A stretch of 64,000 nucleotides of DNA, taken from the human T2T-CHM13v2.0 reference genome, Homo sapiens. Positions 55,779-64,000 of the stretch are shown here, piece by piece. The notes under the pieces were generated by a model. It saw only the letters and a list, made by a program, of their open reading frames with translations, was not told the DNA's origin and ran no database searches. The position numbers and the translations under genes are program-made. The stretch lies in the NCBI RefSeq assembly GCF_009914755.1, contig NC_060941.1; one strand, written 5' to 3'. Within the stretch, counting starts at the first letter, position 1, and each line of letters begins with the position of its first letter.

Positions 55779-56416
55779 GTAAGTTCCAGTCTGAAAGCTG
55801 GCAGTCTAAAGACTCAAGAAGAGGTGATGTTTCAGTTTGAGTCCAAAGACTAATGTCTCTGTTCAAAGCAGTCAGACAGGAAGAGTTCCCCCTTGTTCAA
55901 GGGGGGGTCAGCCTTTTTGTTCTGTTCAGGTCTTCACCTATTGGATGATGTCTATCCATATTAAAACAGAGGGCAATCTACTGTTCAGTCTACCAATTCA
56001 AATGTTAATCTCATCTCCAAATAGCCATATCCAGAATAATGTTTTTTGTTTTTGTTTTTGTTTTTGTTTTTTTTTGAGACAGAGCCTCACTCTGTCTCCC
56101 AGGCTGGAGTTCAGTGGTGAGATTTCAGCTTACTGCAACCTCCACCTCCCAGGTTCAAGCAATTCTCATGCTTCAGCCTCCTGAGTTGCTGGGACTACAG
56201 GTGCATGCCACCACACCCGGCTAATTTTTGCATTTTCTTAGTAGAGACAGGGTTTCGCCATGTTGGCCAGGCTGCTCCTGAACTCTTGACCTCCTCAGCC
56301 TCCCCAGTTGCTGAGATTACAGGCGTGAGCCACCGTGCCAGGCCCAGAATAATGTTTGATCAACTATCTGAGCAACCTGCAGCCTAGTCAAGTTGACACA
56401 TAAAATTAACCATCAT
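55779..56416 (-). mobile_element. MLT2 (ERVL) LTR fragment with a nested Alu
   Basis: 'gagggcaatct...accaattcaaatgttaatctcatc' and terminal 'agtcaagttgacacataaaattaaccatca'. Confidence 0.85.
56045..56344 (-). mobile_element. AluS with a short internal deletion
   Basis: TSD cagaataatgttt on both flanks; (TTTTTG)n tail. Confidence 0.92.
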
Positions 56417-56949
56417 ATTACCTATCAGACTATCAAAGAAAAGTGTGTGTAAGGAAGCTTTGAAGAATTAACTTACAGTGAGAGATAGTACCTCATAGGT
56501 GAGAAGTAGCTAGTGGCATCTTCTGGGAGGAGGGTAATTGGTTGGGTTTGTATACAGGCAGAGGGAGAAGAAAGTTTTACCCTTACTAGGTCCAGAGGAA
56601 CCTGTGGAACTAATGGCAATCATGAGAGCAGATGGGACAGATTACATTCAGAAAAACTCCTCATGCACTAATAATTTGCTTGAATAATTATTCTTTCTAA
56701 TACTTACCCCCTCCACAATTTTGCTGTGAACTGGCAGTGAAGGCAGGACCAAAACCCAGAAAGAACTTATTCACTCTCAATCATTCTTTAGGCTTGGAAA
56801 CTGGCCTTAACCCATTCAATCCAAAGGTGATAACTGTGGCCCAACCCCTTACCAGCTTCAGGATAAAACACTGATAATGAAAGGCAAACCCAGAATCATC
56901 AGGGCCTACAGCAACAGAGCTGGAAGTTGGGAATTGTGCTAACCAGAAA

Positions 56950-58195
<1,246 letters not shown>

Positions 58196-60881
58196 ATAAT
58201 GTGGCCTAAATTATACTCATTTTTATACCAATTTGGTCATAAAATGTAACCTTTAGTATCTTTTATTGAGAAAGGGACCCACAAAAGCAAATGTACCTAG
58301 GTCCTATGAAAGTCATAAAGCAATCCTACTCTGGAATTATATAGATAATAATTAGTTGGTAATCTTAAGTTGTATCACTGTAATATATCAGTTTGTTTCC
58401 TCATCTATACAATAGGAGATAATGAATAGTTTTTATTTCATAGGAGTGTCGATTTTCAAAAGATTATACAAATACCTAAAAGCTTATTAAACTGCTTTTT
58501 GTATAAGGAATAACAATAAATGGTAGCTGCTCTTAAAATGCATATATATGATATGATATGTACTTTGCTTAAACTTTCTGTATTTTTAGTTTATCAGTTA
58601 AATTGGGTTAGGACATTTGTATTACAAGACATTATACATTTTTGGAGATTCTTTTCCAGTTTCACAAAGTTTGCATAAGGCTTAAAAACTGCAGTTATAC
58701 TTTGCAGGCTAATTCCCGTCCTAGCATTTATGCAAAGATCTACGAAGATCCAACCAACTCCTGTGGGCTTTTTATGGGATGATGATTCTGTCATATACTT
58801 TCTATGGCACGTAGGTTTCAGTTATCTTCTCAGTAGCAGAAAAATGACTTATATTCACCCACTTTTACTTTATACTTAGTCCTCTGTTTATTTTTCTCCT
58901 CTATAAAAAAATCACTTAATGGTAGAAAAGCTTTTAAAGATATAATTTGTTATCATTGGTCAGAGATTTTTCTCCGTATGAAATTCATTGATCCTATTGG
59001 ATCAAACTGGTCTGATTGGCATCATGTTCTAATTTAGTGATTCTAAAACCCACCTACAGAAGCAGAGGGTTGTTGCTTTTTAATACGAACCACTGTCTCT
59101 CACTCTGCTGATTCAGGTTTTTTAGATAAATTATTTTAAAAGCTCTCAGGTGATTCTAATGATTGACCAGATATGGAAACCAATATCTTCTCAACTATCC
59201 AAACTATCACTCATGTGAAAAAGCATTGTTATTTTATGAAAATGGACTAGGGCAAGGGGAAGGAGCTCTGGCCATTGATGCCAAAAAAGCTCTTAGATCC
59301 TATTTTTTCTTAAAAGTATGATTATGTGTAGAGTGATGAAAGTTTGTTTGACATAGTCATCTTAGTCATTACTGAGGCATAAATGACTTTGAGAATCTTA
59401 TCAGTGCTATCGATAGACCCTTTCTCCAGGAAATTCAGAACATTTCACAGACAGTTTCAGAGAGTTAAAGATTTTTTAGAATATTTCTAAAACAGAGCTT
59501 TCAGATGAGCTGAAATGGACTATGGAGGTTGTCTGTAAGGTGACCCACTCAAGCTCTCAGCTAGCACGTTGAATTGGATGATATTGGGTAGTACTGGAGG
59601 CCAACCACACTGCAGAGTTTATTCTACTACATTCAGCTTTCTTTTCTTTTCGTTTTAAAGGAGGGTAATCTAACATATTATGTCTAAACTTTAATTACTT
59701 GGCTCACAAATAATAATGGAAACCTTCCTTCTCAAAGAGTGACAGAAAATAAAATACAGGCTGTGGGGAAACTCTATACATCCTTGGGTCTCAGTTTTCT
59801 TCATAAGATGAAGGGACTTATTGGGTCAGAGCAATGGATTTATTTTTTTTCTGACTATGTTTTTAATTTCAAAATATTTTAACCACACTAAATGAAATGA
59901 TATAACAAACCCACATATATTTACCATCTGAATCAAAAAACCTTAATATTCTGCCATATTGGCTTCCAGTTTTTTAAAAGAGGTAAAATGGAACAACCAC
60001 AATTGAAAATCACTGTATGTACTATCTTGATCTCATCTCCCTGCCTTCCAGAGGAGGCTACAATCCTGAAGCTGCTGTGTGTCATTATTGTTTTTGACTT
60101 TTATTACGTATATATCAAAAAATACAATATAATTCTACAAGTTTTGGAATTTGAGTTAAATCAAATTTGATCAGACTCTACATATTGTTTTGCAATTTAT
60201 TTTTTTACTCAACTTTATATTTTTGAGATATTTCCATTTTGACATTTGTAGCTCCAGTTCATACATTTTAAGTGTTATATACTATTCTGTTGAAGTAATA
60301 TATACTAGAATCTCAGAATAAGTGTGAAATTCAAGTGCAATGGAATTTATCTTTGAAGAATAAGACAAGAGTATGTCTTCTTATCTCCAGTATCCTTTCA
60401 GCATAATTTCATTGAATATAACCCTCAAACAAAAGGAGGTGACAATGAACTGGAAAAGTCGTGGTACTGTAACCACTCTCCTGGAATTTTATTCCAAATA
60501 TAAGGCCAAGAAACACTCCCATTGATATTTAAGCTGAGTCATACAACTTCACCAGGTACTGCCAAACCATAGAGAGTGAGACCCAAGAACTGCAAGATCT
60601 CATAACTAAAATCCTTATTTTACCTGGCTGAATGTTTGAACCTCATTTATTGTATTTTAGAGAGATTTTACTGTACAATAGTTAATTTATATGTTCTCCT
60701 ATTGATGAATATTTTGGTCATTTCTAATCACTCATTCCTAGTGTTTTTAATATCATTTTATGTTTTCTTCTACCCAGGTTTGAGTATTTCTCTAGAGAAT
60801 TCATCTAGGAGTGAAACTGTTGAATAAACAGCTCTGCAGATCTCCTCCAAGTGATTGTACTAATTTATTCTCTAACCAGCC

Positions 60882-61269
60882 ATTATGGGCTGATTATCTG
60901 TGCCCTCCTCAAACTCATATGTTGAAGCCTCAATCCCTAGTATGATAGTATCTGGAGATGGGACCATTGGGAGGTAATTAGGTTTAGACTAGATCACAAG
61001 GGTGGAGCCTTTATGATGGGATTAGTGTCCTTATAAGAAGAGGAAGTGAAATGAGAGCTCTCTCTGTCAGCATGCACACAAAGAGGTCATGTGAGCACAC
61101 AGAGTGATGGCAGCTGTCTGCAAGCCAGCAAGAGGGCCCTTACCAAGAACAGAATCTGTTGGCACCTTCATCTTGGACTTCCCAGCCTCCAGAACTGTGA
61201 GAAATAAATGTCTGTGGTTTAAGTCACCTAGTCTAAGGTATTTTGTTATAGCAGCCTGGGCTAAGACAC
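60882..61269 (+). mobile_element. MLT1A/MSTD-type LTR
   Basis: 'ctcatatgttgaagcc...cttggacttcccagcctccagaactgtgagaaataaatg...gggctaagaca'. Confidence 0.88.
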
Positions 61270-61504
61270 TAGAATTTACAAAACTTCTCATTGATCCACG
61301 ACTTCATTCAGCATTTACTGGCATTGTCAGATTGATGCAAATCTGATAAACATAAAAAGGTATCCCATTTTGGTATTAATTTACATTTCCCTGATAACTG
61401 GGGAGGTGTAATACGTTTTAATGATTTTGGTCCCTTCAATTACCACCTGCGAATTAACTGTTTACATATTTATCACATTTTTAAAAGAACAGTTGTCTTT
61501 TTAT

Positions 61505-61952
61505 TATTGGTTATGTTAATATGTCATAGATCTGTTTATAATATATTAACATATGAATTTATATTTTAAATAACATATATCTATATAAACTTATGTATAC
61601 AACACATATATGTTTATGTAACATATGTCATTTATTTATATAAAACATGTTACTTACATAACATATTTATAACATGTTATAAATATAACATATTTATAGT
61701 TATATGTTATATATTACACATATAATATTAAAATATATTTATATTATATATAGCATATTTTATATGTTATGTGTTATCTGTTACACATACATTAACATAA
61801 GTAATATGTTAATAGTCAACATAACATATTTAAATTATAACAAATTTATAACATATACATATTTTAACATATAAAACGTGTATATTTATATGTTACATAT
61901 TATAACATATGTTATAAATATAACAACATTAACATATATGTATTAATATTAT
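61505..61952. repeat. AT-rich low-complexity tract built of ATAACATAT/ATATGTTAT motifs
   Basis: Read directly; very few G or C. Confidence 0.9.
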
Positions 61953-62839
61953 CTTTCAGTTCATGACTTGTCTTTTAATTTTGCTTATGGTGGTTTTCTG
62001 TCCTACACAAGTATTTACTTAAAAAAACTTGAAACATAAGCTATACACAGGAAATTGCACACAGCATAGGTGTACAGCATGAAGAACACACCTATGTAGC
62101 CAGCACCCCAGAGGCCCCATCATGCTCCCTCTCAACAAACCTTCCCACAAAGGTGAACACCATCTATCTACACTTACTACTTAGTTGTGTCTGTTTTCTG
62201 AACTTCATATAAATAGAATAGTGCAAAATATATTATTTTCCTCAATAAGGTGCTACTTAAATGTTTCTGTGTTTTTTTGTAAGGCAATAGTTTGTTCCTT
62301 CTCCTAATTCTTTATTTTATTATTAGAATATACCATAGATTATTTTTTCTACTATTAATAGACTTTTTCTTCTCAGTTCTTGGCTAATACAAATAGTTTT
62401 CCTATGAACATTCCTATACATGTTGGAGAATATATGCAAACAGAACATTTTGGTTTGACATATAGCTACAAGTGGAATTGCTGGTCCTAGAGTCTGCACA
62501 GTACCACACAGTATTTCTAGTACTACACATTATTTCAAAATTTTACACCAATCTCTATTTCTACCAGCAATGCCTAAACAGTCCTATTGCTCCACAACAA
62601 TGCTGTCTTTTGGTATTGACAATAATTTTCATTATAGCCATTCTTTATGTGTAGTATAGGCTCTTGGTATTTGTAATACATATTTTTCTGGTGACTAATG
62701 AAGCTGAATATCTTTTAAAATTATGTTTTTTGGAATTTGAATTTCCTCATCTTTTGTAAGGGCTGTTCAAGTCTTTGGTTTATTTGAAGTAATGGTTGTC
62801 TGTATTTACCTTTTCTTTGTATATTCTAGACCCAAATAT

Positions 62840-63047
62840 TTAACATATACATGTTATGTATGTATATGTATATTACATATGGCATGTTGTATATGTGTAA
62901 AACATGCATAGGTATGTATATATTTTATACATGTTTGTGTATGTATGAATATGTATATTCACCCAGAAATATATATACACATATGTAAGTATACATACAT
63001 AATATATGATATATATTTTTATATGTGTGTGTGTGTGTGTGTGTGTA
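62840..63047. repeat. (TA/TG/CA)n low-complexity tract ending in (TG)n
   Basis: Read directly. Confidence 0.88.
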
Positions 63048-63484
63048 TAAAGTATCTTCCCTCATTCAATGATCTGTCATTCAATCCCTAATGGCATTTT
63101 TTTCTTCACTGTATGACTTTTCTATGCTTTCTATATTTTATATTTACATATTCTATATTTTCTATATATCTTGAATCATAAAATTACCTTTTAAAAATTG
63201 AGGCATAGCATAGTCACAAAAAGGCACACTTCAGTGCATAACTCAAAATTTCACACATTGAACATGTCCACATAACCAGGCCCCAGATGAAACAGGATAC
63301 TGTAAGTCCCAAGTCTTCCTTGCATTTCTTTCCAGTCACAGTTTTCCAGGTGGGGGTGGGGAGTCACTAACCTGACTTCTAAATGCATGGAGTGGGTTTT
63401 CATATTTTTAAATTTAATATAAATAATGTGATACTTCTTTTGGGGGGTGTCTGGTTTAGTTTGTTTAATAATAGATTTTGTTGC

Positions 63485-63847
63485 TGTCTTAGTCCTTTTG
63501 GGCTACTATAACAAAATACCATAAACTCAATGGCTTATAAGAAACAGAAATTTACTGCTCACAATTCTGGAGGCTGGGGAGTCCAATATCAGGGCACCAG
63601 CAGATTCAGTGGCTGGTGAGGGTTCATTTCTGGTTCATAGATGACACCTAGCTACATCCACATAAGGTGGAAGGGAGAAGGCAGATCTCTGGGGCTTCTT
63701 TTATAAGGGCACTAATCCCATTTATGAGGGTAGAAGCCTCCTGTCCTAATCACCTTTTTAAGTCCTCACTTCCTAATATTATCACCTCTGAGGTTAGGTT
63801 TACAACATATGACTTTTGCAGAGACACAAACATTTAGACCATAGCAG
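63485..63847 (-). mobile_element. MLT1A/MSTD-type LTR
   Basis: 'tgtcttagtccttttgggctactataacaaaatacc...ttttataagggcactaatccc...aacatttagaccatagca'. Confidence 0.88.
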
Positions 63848-64000
63848 TTGCTTAGAGCAACTATTTTATTGTTAAATAGAATTCTCTTCTATTAATATGC
63901 CATAATGTATTAATCCTACTCTAGACGGATATTTTGATAATTTTTATGTTGTAGCTGTTACAAATAACACAGCTATGAATGAACAATATTGTAGATTTTT

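Larger units (their letters stand above)
59850..64000 (-). mobile_element. Patchwork of old L1ME/L1MC-like 3' fragments, interrupted by LTRs and AT-rich tracts
   Basis: 'ctaggagtgaaactgttg...ccaagtgattgtactaattta', 'gtggaattgctgg...ttacaccaatctctatttctaccagcaatg', 'gctatgaa'. Confidence 0.6.

Overview
Human (primate) non-coding genomic DNA, intergenic or deep intronic, dominated by transposable elements. A near-consensus AluYa5 (47773-48093) points to Homo sapiens. I found no credible host protein-coding exon: every ORF I recognise derives from L1, Alu or LTR sequence. Main structures: (1) the 3' end of a young L1PA (1-466), possibly with a short 3' transduction; (2) a 5.55-kb L1PA7-like element (7445-13001) with a twin-priming 5' inversion and a 14-bp TSD, nested in the ORF2 region of a much older L1M; (3) about a dozen Alus, many MaLR/ERVL LTRs, L2 and MIR relics, and DNA transposons; (4) an orphan CpG-rich patch (about 53500-53940) and three CTCF-like motifs. 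The most unusual thing visible directly is a 56-bp piece of the L1's own ORF2, copied at 55/56 identity into its ORF1 2 kb away. I see no evidence for a new multi-gene biological system, and I cannot name the locus. Repeat subfamily names come from recalled consensus motifs, and boundaries of old repeats are approximate.
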